This document shows, in pieces, positions 17,834 through 25,158 of a DNA stretch of 40,140 nt. Position 1 is the stretch's first letter; the number at the start of each line of letters is the position of its first letter. The DNA comes from a virus. Its lineage: Duplodnaviria > Caudoviricetes. The stretch lies in the IMG/VR virus record IMGVR_UViG_3300033067_001671, positions 1 to 40,140 of that record; one strand, 5' to 3'. A model generated the notes under the pieces. That model was not told where the DNA came from and did no database searches. It was given only the letters and a program-made list of their open reading frames with translations. The translations under genes were made by a program, and so were the position numbers.

Positions 17834-18100
17834 TTATTTCTTGGAGCTTAACAGATGCAGGATTTCTTTGATATCGGCTTGAAGTAATGACTGCTGCTCT
17901 TGCAAATTCCGGATTACCGCGTCGAAATGAGATCGCTCTACGTGTTTTGAAAATGTCTGAGATACGCGCTCAAAATTCTGCCACACGCGTTCTAAGTCCC
18001 GTTCGATTCCCTGGGTGCGAGCGGAAAGTATCCCGAAGGTAATTCCTGCTGAGGCAATTGCGGTAATGATTCCTGTTGCGGCTCCAATTTGGTCAAGCAT
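17834..18100 (-). CDS. N-terminal TM plus coiled-coil protein, 88 aa (holin/antiholin-like architecture)
   Basis: RBS AAAGGA; single TM then heptad pattern. Confidence 0.65.
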   Translation of the reverse strand: MLDQIGAATGIITAIASAGITFGILSARTQGIERDLERVWQNFERVSQTFSKHVERSHFDAVIRNLQEQQSLLQADIKEILHLLSSKK

Positions 18101-18390
18101 TCCTTTTCTAGTTTGGCGCGAGTTAGATCTTTCAGCAATTGATATGAGCTTTCCACATCAACAAGAGATATTTTTTCGTCGTCTTCAAAGTCTTCAGCCT
18201 TTGGTTTCGGTAACCCATATTCAAGTAATTTAAGAAGTGCAGCCATTCGGTCACGAGGTTCATCAAGTAATTTGTAAGTAGCTAACCACTCTTCATGTGC
18301 GACAAATCCCTTGGTGCGTAAGCCATCCCAAAACTCGATAGGTCTAAATGCTGGATTGTATATGCGTTTTGGCCTACCTTTGGCGCCCAT
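17992..18390 (-). CDS. Putative terminase small subunit, 132 aa
   Basis: N-terminal KGRPK and helical R.AALLKLLEYGLPKPK motif typical of TerS-like proteins; near the head of the late gene run. Confidence 0.5.
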   Translation of the reverse strand: MGAKGRPKRIYNPAFRPIEFWDGLRTKGFVAHEEWLATYKLLDEPRDRMAALLKLLEYGLPKPKAEDFEDDEKISLVDVESSYQLLKDLTRAKLEKECLTKLEPQQESLPQLPQQELPSGYFPLAPRESNGT

Positions 18391-18422
18391 ATTCTAATAA
18401 TTCCCGACTGTTATGGTTTTAT

Positions 18423-18599
18423 TTATAACGCCCCGCAGAATTCCCGCTCTAACTCTTTAGAATCATACGTTTCTAGTTCAGCAAAGAAACAATTGGTCAA
18501 ATCTGCCTCTGCTATTTCTGCAAGTTTCAAGGCTTCTGTGAGTGTTTCTGCGCACACTGTTTCTTTTCTATGATCTGTTCGCAAATGAAAGAGCTTCAT
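18423..18599 (-). CDS. Unannotated 58-aa acidic protein (MKLFHLRTDHRKETVCAETL...)
   Basis: RBS GGAG, ATG to TAA, fills the gap between tRNA-like gene and terS. Confidence 0.6.
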   Translation of the reverse strand: MKLFHLRTDHRKETVCAETLTEALKLAEIAEADLTNCFFAELETYDSKELEREFCGAL

Positions 18600-18620
18600 G
18601 CGTTTTCTCCGTGTATTTCA

Positions 18621-18705
18621 GTGGCACGGGGGGACTCGAACCCCCATGGCCTGAGAGAGGAGCTACCATCAATCTCAGTACTCTACCCAATTGAGCTACG
18701 CGCCT
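18621..18705 (-). tRNA. tRNA-like gene (pseudo-tRNA) with enlarged 18-nt anticodon loop; isotype unassignable
   Basis: Acceptor GGCGCG/CGTGCC, D arm TAGCTCAATTGGGTAGAGT, stem CTGAG/CTCAG, T arm GGGGG-TTCGAGT-CCCCC; no encoded CCA. Confidence 0.75.
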
Positions 18706-18716
18706 TATAAATTATA

Positions 18717-18926
18717 TCAGTGAAGTTTACGCTTCTTAAGCACCTTCGCATTCACACGCTCAGATTTGCCCGAGATTCGACGAATGACTGCTTCAGCCTG
18801 GTGAGCTAGTGCCTCCTCTTTGCGGCTCTCCTCGAACGCTTTAAGCTTAATGCAAACATTACAAATTGAAGAAGTGTTTACTTTGGCCCTTCGCCCGCAA
18901 CTCTTGCAATATGTTTCATCGTTCAT
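18717..18926 (-). CDS. Small Zn-finger protein (CxxC...CxxC), 69 aa
   Basis: MNDETYCKSC...ICNVC; ATG at 18926 coupled by ATGA to the upstream peptide. Confidence 0.6.
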   Translation of the reverse strand: MNDETYCKSCGRRAKVNTSSICNVCIKLKAFEESRKEEALAHQAEAVIRRISGKSERVNAKVLKKRKLH

Positions 18927-19015
18927 GACAACACCGCTTGAAGTATGTAGGTGATCGTCAGCCCTATGACGAAAGCGATGTAGAAAACTAAAAAGGCAAT
19001 GTCCCAATGCTTCAC
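18923..19015 (-). CDS. Unannotated 30-aa single-TM peptide (MKHWDIAFLVFYIAFVIGLTITYILQAVLS)
   Basis: GTG start, one clean TM helix, ATGA overlap with the next gene. Confidence 0.45.
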   Translation of the reverse strand: MKHWDIAFLVFYIAFVIGLTITYILQAVLS

Positions 19016-19029
19016 ATGACTAGTGTCAG

Positions 19030-19365
19030 CTATCGGATAGGATTTTCAATTGGATTTTTAAACAAACGGAAGCGCTGGCCGCGGCTTGTGCACAATCGAC
19101 CTTTGCTAGAATTTGGATTTACGGACTTAAAAAGCGCAACAGGCTTGTCGTTTGAAATTACGTAAGACGGTGAAAGCTGAGAACCTTCAATGTGGGTTTT
19201 TACTTTGTTGATTACGATTTTACCGCTTTCAATTTCCATCACTCTATAAAAATCGTAGAACCCGCGGTCAATTGTGAAAAGCTCCGTGCCGATTTGAATG
19301 TTTTTTAGTGTTGCAAACTGATTGCCTTCGTAAGTCATAAAACAACAATACACACAGTGACACAC
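19030..19365 (-). CDS. Hypothetical protein (~102-111 aa; start uncertain)
   Basis: Co-oriented ORF downstream of replication genes. Confidence 0.55.
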   Translation of the reverse strand: MCHCVYCCFMTYEGNQFATLKNIQIGTELFTIDRGFYDFYRVMEIESGKIVINKVKTHIEGSQLSPSYVISNDKPVALFKSVNPNSSKGRLCTSRGQRFRLFKNPIENPIR

Positions 19366-19404
19366 TTAGTCAATAGGTTTTTTCAGCTGTTGCAAAAAAT
19401 GCAA

Positions 19405-20007
19405 CTACTTAAGACTTCCAAAACTACCAAGTAAATTCTTGAGCTCTTGATTAGGCAACACAGGCAAATCATGCATCTCGTTTCGTTCTGCTTTGCCAAC
19501 TACCATCTCAGCCACTTCGCGAGTCTGCGCATCAACGTTCGCATCAATCGCTCTTAAGTTTTCACACATAGAACTCCAGGCGCCAAACTTTCTTCTCATC
19601 GTTTCTAGAGCTAAATCGCCCAGTTCAAATTTTGCAGCTGATTCCCAATCCTCGAACTTCTGTTTAACCCCTGCTCTAACGCCGTAAAACGCCCGTGCCC
19701 CGTTCTCGTAAATTCCTTCAGTCCACGCCCATCCATGCCGGCTGACGGCCTGCCTAATCAACGTCATCGCATCGACTGCGGTTTCTCGTTTCGTTGACTC
19801 TTTTGGTTTTAAGAGATTAAGAACATCAGCTGGTACGAAGTCTCTGCGAGCTGTCAAAATAATCTGCCTCAATGCCGTTTTTATTTCTTCCAAGGGGTAA
19901 TCAATCAAGACCTCTGCAAAGATCAAAGATCTCTCTTCATCCATTGGCGCGCTGATCGCCTTCGCTGTTTTCACTACTAATAGCTGAATTTCTGTTAACT
20001 TCTGCAT
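19405..20007 (-). CDS. Helicase loader/inhibitor-like protein (lambda P / G39P / DUF6475-type position and pattern), 200 aa
   Basis: Directly after initiator; RBS AGGAG; L.DYPLEEI..AL......F.PAD and A....I..AV.R.G pattern. Confidence 0.6.
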   Translation of the reverse strand: MQKLTEIQLLVVKTAKAISAPMDEERSLIFAEVLIDYPLEEIKTALRQIILTARRDFVPADVLNLLKPKESTKRETAVDAMTLIRQAVSRHGWAWTEGIYENGARAFYGVRAGVKQKFEDWESAAKFELGDLALETMRRKFGAWSSMCENLRAIDANVDAQTREVAEMVVGKAERNEMHDLPVLPNQELKNLLGSFGSLK

Positions 20008-20980
20008 CTTGTTTCTCCTCGATCGTTTTCTGCAGCTTTTGAATCAAGCTGTTGTAGCCATCACGCTCCTCGGCTTTCCTAGCCTCTTGATACGTGACTT
20101 TTCTACCTGATAGCCATTCAGTACGAAGTTTCTCGGCGTCTCGCAACATCAATCCGACTGAGTGTGTTGATTTCAAATAAAACGCATCGTTGTGATGCAA
20201 ATAGAAACGAGCGATCTCCGGCGCGTCTTCGACTCCGACGGCTTTTACAAATTGAGATAACTGTGAATTAGTGCGGGCGTTGATTAGTGCTTCCACCCCA
20301 TAACGTTTTTTATAAAACTCGTTATAAACCTCTCGGGTAGCTCGGGAATCTGGCACAGACTTCGTTTTTGATTTCGTCGTGATTTGCGACGTTTGATGAG
20401 CCTGCTCAGAATTACAAACATTTAAATTTTTATCAACCCCATTTTTTAAAATATTTTCTGACCCGATCGACCGAGTTTCGAGGTCATCGGAAAAACTCGA
20501 AGAGTTTCTTAATTTTTCTGTTTCTGTTTCTGAAACTGTATTTGTAACTGTAATTGTATTGTATAGAGAGGGTACCTCAAGGGTAGGGTTAGGGTAGGGT
20601 TTCGCATCATCACCTAAACCTAATGATTCCAGTTGTGTAGCTTTCTTTTTTCGCCCCCCTTTTTTACCGCCTTCTTTCATTTTTTCGACGGCTAGAATGT
20701 GTTTTTTGTTACCAACAATGAAAAATAAATCGTTTTCTTGTTTTACTAAAAAAGATTCACACAAACCCTTAAGGTACGAAAGGGTACCCTTAAGGTGGCT
20801 TACCCTCGAAAAAAATAAAATCTCGTCCCCTGTACAGTGCGTCATTTTGCGGGATTGCGAGCCGTGCCAAAGGGATACAATTGCACCAATTACGGTTGGT
20901 GGCTCCCACCCTGTCAGGTGTGAAATGTGTTGGACTGCGGAACTTGAAAAAAAACTTTCTTCTACGTTTACTCGTGGCAT
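19937..20980 (-). CDS. Replication initiator protein (lambda O-like architecture), 347 aa
   Basis: N-terminal winged-helix-like region, GGKKGG basic patch, low-complexity TVT.TVSETETE linker with DNA repeats, helical C-terminal domain. Confidence 0.7.
   Translation of the reverse strand: MPRVNVEESFFSSSAVQHISHLTGWEPPTVIGAIVSLWHGSQSRKMTHCTGDEILFFSRVSHLKGTLSYLKGLCESFLVKQENDLFFIVGNKKHILAVEKMKEGGKKGGRKKKATQLESLGLGDDAKPYPNPTLEVPSLYNTITVTNTVSETETEKLRNSSSFSDDLETRSIGSENILKNGVDKNLNVCNSEQAHQTSQITTKSKTKSVPDSRATREVYNEFYKKRYGVEALINARTNSQLSQFVKAVGVEDAPEIARFYLHHNDAFYLKSTHSVGLMLRDAEKLRTEWLSGRKVTYQEARKAEERDGYNSLIQKLQKTIEEKQDAEVNRNSAISSENSEGDQRANG
20500..20810. promoter_or_regulatory. Putative replication origin within the initiator gene (AGGGT/ACCCT iteron-like repeats plus AT-rich tract)
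   Basis: AGGGT tandem x4 at 20580-20600 plus 20569; ACCCTTAAGGT twice at 20765 and 20786; palindrome AAGGGTACCCTT 20780-20791; TTTCTG repeats at ~20515-20532. Confidence 0.55.
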
Positions 20981-21035
20981 ATTTAAATTTCCTTTCCGGG
21001 TTGACCGGGAGTTTTTGCGAACACCTTTTTATGTT

Positions 21036-21075
21036 AGACCCTCGTCGCCTTCTAAGCTTCGGGGGTTTTTTATTT
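21036..21075 (+). terminator. Terminator-like hairpin in the divergent intergenic region
   Basis: AGACCCTCG-N15-CGGGGGTTT then TTTATTT; pairs with G.U only on the + strand. Confidence 0.45.
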
Positions 21076-21128
21076 GTTGACCAAGATTAAAAAAAAATAT
21101 ATCCCTGATTTCCACGAAGGGATAAAAA

Positions 21129-21854
21129 ATGAAAATCTTAAACACAAAAACAGTGTCTCAATCACAAATAAAAGCTCTTATCTATGGTGCTCCAGGCAGC
21201 GGAAAAACAACCTTAGCCGCAACTATAAATAGACCGACATTGATTGTTTCTGCAGAGTCTGGACTATTGTCGCTAATTGGAACAGACATTGACGTGATCG
21301 ATTTAACCGTTGATGACGACGGCAAACCCATTTCAAAAGATCAAAGAGTTAAGAAACTTCGAGAGGTCTATCAGTTTTTAAACACTGACGAAGCTCGAAA
21401 GAAATATGAAGTCGTGTTCATTGATAGCCTGACCGAAATTAATTTGAACATGCTCGAGGCTCTTAACCTTCAATACCCAGACCGTAAAGACAGCTTAGTA
21501 ATGTATGGAGAGCTGGCTAAAAACATGCGCGGTCTGATTTCTCTGTTTAGAGACCTACCTCACTATTCTGTTATTTTTACAGCTCTTGATGAAACCGAAA
21601 AAGACGATAATGGATTTCGTTTTCAAACGATCCAGCTTGTAGGAAGTTTTGCGGCTAAAATCGCAGGCTATTTTGATGAAGTTTTCTATTTAAATGTCGA
21701 TAAAGATTCAAAACGGCATTTGTTAACAAACAAAACCGATCGCGTAATAGCAAAAGACAGATCAGGAAAATTAGACGCGATTGAAGCGCCTGTCTTAGAC
21801 GTTATTTTCGATAAAATATTAGGGGAACGCAAAAAAGCAGAGGTGAAGAAATGA
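21129..21854 (+). CDS. AAA_24-family P-loop ATPase, Sak4-like single-strand annealing recombinase, 241 aa
   Basis: KALIYGAPGSGKTT, AESGL, VVFIDSLT, IFTA, FDEVFYL, AKDRSG; adjacent SSB. Confidence 0.85.
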   Translation: MKILNTKTVSQSQIKALIYGAPGSGKTTLAATINRPTLIVSAESGLLSLIGTDIDVIDLTVDDDGKPISKDQRVKKLREVYQFLNTDEARKKYEVVFIDSLTEINLNMLEALNLQYPDRKDSLVMYGELAKNMRGLISLFRDLPHYSVIFTALDETEKDDNGFRFQTIQLVGSFAAKIAGYFDEVFYLNVDKDSKRHLLTNKTDRVIAKDRSGKLDAIEAPVLDVIFDKILGERKKAEVKK

Positions 21855-22288
21855 TTTTTGATTTAACAGACACGAAAGCGCCCGGGGGGTTTGAGATTTT
21901 ACCACCAGGAGATTACAACGTAGCCATTTTAAAAGCCGAAGTTAAAGACTCAAAAGTAGGCGGCAAATACGTCATCATGAAGTTTCGAGTCATGGACGGC
22001 GTCAAAGCGGGTTATCTGTTCGACGAGTTTTACTCCATTGAAAACCCTAATAACCCTAAGTCTGTGGAGTTTTCAAAAGCTCGCATGAAATCGTTACTAG
22101 AGGCAGGCAAAGCCAAAAGCTTTAAGATCTACTCTATTACTGAGTTTGAAGGTCTCAAGATGTCAGCCAAAATCAAACATCGTAAAGATCAAGAAAATCG
22201 TGACAAGGTGTCGATCGCAAGTGTGTCGTCATTGCCTGAGTCTGCAGCGAATGCAAAAGAAGATTTTTTGGATGATATTCCTTTTTAG
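21851..22288 (+). CDS. Single-stranded DNA-binding protein (DUF669-like), 145 aa
   Basis: FEILPPGDY..I..AEVK.SK.G..Y and acidic tail DDIPF. Confidence 0.85.
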   Translation: MIFDLTDTKAPGGFEILPPGDYNVAILKAEVKDSKVGGKYVIMKFRVMDGVKAGYLFDEFYSIENPNNPKSVEFSKARMKSLLEAGKAKSFKIYSITEFEGLKMSAKIKHRKDQENRDKVSIASVSSLPESAANAKEDFLDDIPF

Positions 22289-22380
22289 AAATGATATTAC
22301 TATTTAGGTAGTAGTTCCGCGTTTCTTTAAAAAGTCCCTTCGTAAGTTCTTTTCAAACTAACCGGACTATGATGCCTAGG

Positions 22381-22417
22381 CCCTTGAATGAATTAAGCCC
22401 TCATTCAGGGGTTTTTT
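22381..22417 (+). terminator. Intrinsic terminator after ssb
   Basis: CCCTTGAATGA-N9-TCATTCAGGGG followed by a T-run. Confidence 0.75.
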
Positions 22418-22755
22418 ATTTTTAAAACGTCATCAACTGAAGAAGCTACAATGGCAATCCCTCCGTCTTCCTGGACATTTAAAAGAAACTTTCTTTGGTG
22501 TTCTGAAAGCTTCCCCCCTTGGCTAGCTTTACACTCGACCGCTACGAATTGAGCTATTTTCTTGCCCACCATCTCGGGGGTAATTTCTAAAACTTTATAA
22601 CCAATTAAATCTGACCCCCCAGGATTGGCGACGCCGTATTTCACAAAACGAGAACCGATTTTCATTGCTCCGGAATTGTTTCGCCAAATACGCACGCCGA
22701 GCTTTAAAAGAGTGTCATGGCAGTGTTTTAAAATCGTTTTCTCAGGGATCTTCAT
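22405..22755 (-). CDS. VRR-NUC family nuclease (Holliday junction resolvase-like), 116 aa
   Basis: E..I, WRNNSGA, GGSDLIG, FVAVECK...GKLSEHQ..FL.......GGIA.V..S..D. Confidence 0.9.
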   Translation of the reverse strand: MKIPEKTILKHCHDTLLKLGVRIWRNNSGAMKIGSRFVKYGVANPGGSDLIGYKVLEITPEMVGKKIAQFVAVECKASQGGKLSEHQRKFLLNVQEDGGIAIVASSVDDVLKIKNP

Positions 22756-22813
22756 GAGTAAATTTTAACAATTTAAACAATTCTTACATAATGAAAACGA
22801 CGTGTTTTTTTTG

Positions 22814-22841
22814 TTGAAACGCGCACATAAACGCGTAGATT
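22814..22841 (+). promoter_or_regulatory. Sigma70-like early promoter overlapped by an inverted repeat
   Basis: TTGAAA-16-TAGATT with upstream T-tract; GTTGAA..TTCAAC and ACGCG..CGCGT dyads. Confidence 0.5.
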
Positions 22842-22866
22842 CAACTTTACGAAGGAACTTTTTAAA

Positions 22867-23142
22867 ATGAAAAATAAACAAGAATTTGAAATGGTAATTT
22901 TTACAAACTCAGAAGATTACGAAGCTTTGCTGAAGCCGAAGATCTACACAGTTTACACTGTTGGCATGGTTATAAACGGAAAACTCAAAAGAAATGTTGC
23001 TAGTCCATATCTGAATCGTGACCAAGCTTTTGAATGGGCGAAGAAAATTGCCGCAAAAAATGGTTCAACTCGAAGTTATTTTTCTGCGCAAGACCGTGAA
23101 GGCGGTTGGCGTTTGCCGCAAAAAGAAAAGGTTTATTTTTAA
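22867..23142 (+). CDS. Hypothetical early protein, 91 aa
   Basis: RBS AAGGA; first gene of the rightward operon. Confidence 0.7.
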   Translation: MKNKQEFEMVIFTNSEDYEALLKPKIYTVYTVGMVINGKLKRNVASPYLNRDQAFEWAKKIAAKNGSTRSYFSAQDREGGWRLPQKEKVYF

Positions 23143-23168
23143 TACAAATAAATTTGAGGGCTTAAAAA

Positions 23169-23471
23169 ATGACTAACTTTATAAAAGAATTAATTAAATC
23201 GGTTGCGGCAAAATCACCAGAAAACGCAAAAACACTTAAAGAATCGATCAAGATTTTCGGCGAAGACGTAATCCGTCAATATCACCCGATGTGGAAAACG
23301 ATCGATAAAATGAACATTGCCGAAGATCTTGATATAGTTCAAAAACAGTTCGAACTTACGCAAAAACTTTGCAAAGCAGTAGGCGACGCCGCTATGTCTG
23401 GAAATAAAAAACAGATGAAATTGGCTATGGCTGCTTTGGAAAAGTCGAGAATAAAACATGAACTATTTTGA
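23169..23471 (+). CDS. Hypothetical helical protein, 100 aa
   Basis: RBS GAGG; co-oriented. Confidence 0.7.
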   Translation: MTNFIKELIKSVAAKSPENAKTLKESIKIFGEDVIRQYHPMWKTIDKMNIAEDLDIVQKQFELTQKLCKAVGDAAMSGNKKQMKLAMAALEKSRIKHELF

Positions 23472-24216
23472 ACACCCAGCAATCAACCATTCGGGTTTGA
23501 TGTTATTAAAAAAGTCACCGCTTCATTTTATTTCAAAAATTCAAAAACCTCCAACCCCTGACATGATGTTAGGAAGCGCGATTCATTGCGCAGTTTTAGA
23601 GCCAGACAAATTTGCAGAACGTTTTTTTTATATCGACCAGAGAACAAAAAAAGGAAAAGAAATCGCTGAATCTCTTTTAAAAGATCAATGCGCTTTACCT
23701 CCTTCGGCTCAAAAGATAGTAGAGGGAGTTTACGAATCTTTTCAAAAATCTGAGATTGCAAAATTGTTAATAAAATATGCAGCGATTGAAACGCCTATTT
23801 TTTGGAAGGATGAAGTGACGGGCGAGGATTGTAAAGCCAAGCCAGACGCAGTAAATTCATCAGCAATTATTGATTTAAAAACAACGAGTTCGGCTGACAA
23901 AAATTCGTTTAGCAAAGCCATTTTCGAATTTAATATGCATACCCAAAGTTGCTTTTATCTCGATGGCTATTACCAATCGACAGGTAAAAGAATAGACGAT
24001 TTTTATTTCATCGCTTTGGAAAAAGAGCCGCCTTATGCGCTAGCGATTTACGAAGTGAAACGAAACAGCCGCATGATGGACGAGGCGAGAATCGTTTTAA
24101 GGCGATTACTCGACAAATATCACGAATGCAAAACTAAAAACGAATGGCCTGGGTATTCAGAGGTACCCGAGCCAATCGATTTACCGCCTTGGGTATACAG
24201 GGAAACTTTTATTTAA
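23458..24216 (+). CDS. RecE/exonuclease VIII-like PD-(D/E)XK nuclease (DUF3799-like), 252 aa
   Basis: Y...PAI..S.L....KSP.H, GSAIHCAVLEP, CKAKPD, IIDLKTT, Q..FY, F.FIALEKEPPY, WPGY. Confidence 0.9.
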   Translation: MNYFEHPAINHSGLMLLKKSPLHFISKIQKPPTPDMMLGSAIHCAVLEPDKFAERFFYIDQRTKKGKEIAESLLKDQCALPPSAQKIVEGVYESFQKSEIAKLLIKYAAIETPIFWKDEVTGEDCKAKPDAVNSSAIIDLKTTSSADKNSFSKAIFEFNMHTQSCFYLDGYYQSTGKRIDDFYFIALEKEPPYALAIYEVKRNSRMMDEARIVLRRLLDKYHECKTKNEWPGYSEVPEPIDLPPWVYRETFI

Positions 24217-24225
24217 GGAGAAAAA

Positions 24226-24543
24226 ATGAAACAAAAATATAAACGAATCGATGAAGAACATAAAAATTTGATTATTAAAGAAGCAATTGAAACAGGCAAT
24301 TCTTTGCAAACTTCGAAAAAATATTCTTTACACTACACAACGGTAGCGGCGTGGGTTCGTGATTTTAAGTCTAAACAAAAATCAGTTAAAAATGTTAGCC
24401 CGGCGCCTAGTTTAAGCGAAGCTCGGATAATTGGTCCGGCTGAAGCCTTTGCGATTGAACAAAATAGAGCGTTGAAGTTATTGACCGAAGAAAACAAAGC
24501 TTTAAAGCAGTTATTGAAACAAGCCTGGGCCGTGAGCGCCTAA
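24226..24543 (+). CDS. HTH plus coiled-coil DNA-binding protein resembling IS3-family OrfA (HTH_Tnp_1), 105 aa
   Basis: EEHK..IIKEA.E.GN.....KKY.L...TV..WVR..K then L.EENKALKQLL; RBS AAGGAG; no catalytic ORF follows. Confidence 0.65.
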   Translation: MKQKYKRIDEEHKNLIIKEAIETGNSLQTSKKYSLHYTTVAAWVRDFKSKQKSVKNVSPAPSLSEARIIGPAEAFAIEQNRALKLLTEENKALKQLLKQAWAVSA

Positions 24544-24556
24544 AGAAAGAAAAATT

Positions 24557-25138
24557 ATGAAATACCTACTATTGATTTTATTTTGTTTGAGCGCATCAGC
24601 TCAAGAAATTGCAAAAACAGAAACAAGACTTATTGAAAAATACTATGTCAATGTTGGATTAGGATTGGGCTCCGTCAACTATACTGGCGAAGACAAGGCG
24701 ATTGCGAAGGCCTTGGAAGCAGAAGGAATTTCAAACTCAACCTATGCGATTGATTTGGGCTTTTATAAAACTGTGAGTTCACAAAACCTTTTGGGGCTTT
24801 CTTTAGCAGGAATGAACGATGTTTGGTCTGACAAAGGCGAAGAGCTTCAAATCACACAGGTTCAAATCGGGCCTAGCGTAAAACATTACTATGGCGACAT
24901 TGGGAACGCATGGTTTAACCGCGTAGATATAGGGCTAGCAAGATATGCGGGCGAATACACAGGAAGCGGCGTGCATGTCGAAGCTAAATCCAAATACGGT
25001 TACGGCGTTTCTGCTGGCGGCGGCTATGCTTTCGATGTTTCACAAGAAACTCATCTAGAAGTTCAAGGACTTTTATCCTATAGAAAAGCAGAATCGAAAA
25101 CGCTAGGGGTAGCGTTTACGTTTGCTGTACTGTTTTAA
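24557..25138 (+). CDS. Outer-membrane beta-barrel protein (8-stranded OmpA/Ail/Lom-like), 193 aa
   Basis: Sec signal MKYLLLILFCLSASA|Q, alternating amphipathic strands, C-terminal Phe (BAM signal). Confidence 0.8.
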   Translation: MKYLLLILFCLSASAQEIAKTETRLIEKYYVNVGLGLGSVNYTGEDKAIAKALEAEGISNSTYAIDLGFYKTVSSQNLLGLSLAGMNDVWSDKGEELQITQVQIGPSVKHYYGDIGNAWFNRVDIGLARYAGEYTGSGVHVEAKSKYGYGVSAGGGYAFDVSQETHLEVQGLLSYRKAESKTLGVAFTFAVLF

Positions 25139-25158
25139 AAAATTAGAAGGGGTTCAAG

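Noticed and set aside
16595-17836. Integron cassette array (GTTRRRY-like cores)
   Set aside because: Spacers are only about 9-13 nt, with no attC hairpins and no integron integrase
59-18233. Plus-strand ORFs in the late region (e.g. 3496-3960, 5258-5575) and similar antisense ORFs such as 20697-21080 and 25627-25899
   Set aside because: Shadows of longer, motif-bearing genes on the opposite strand, with no RBS or recognisable motifs
24226-24560. IS3-family insertion sequence
   Set aside because: No DDE transposase, terminal inverted repeats or target duplication seen
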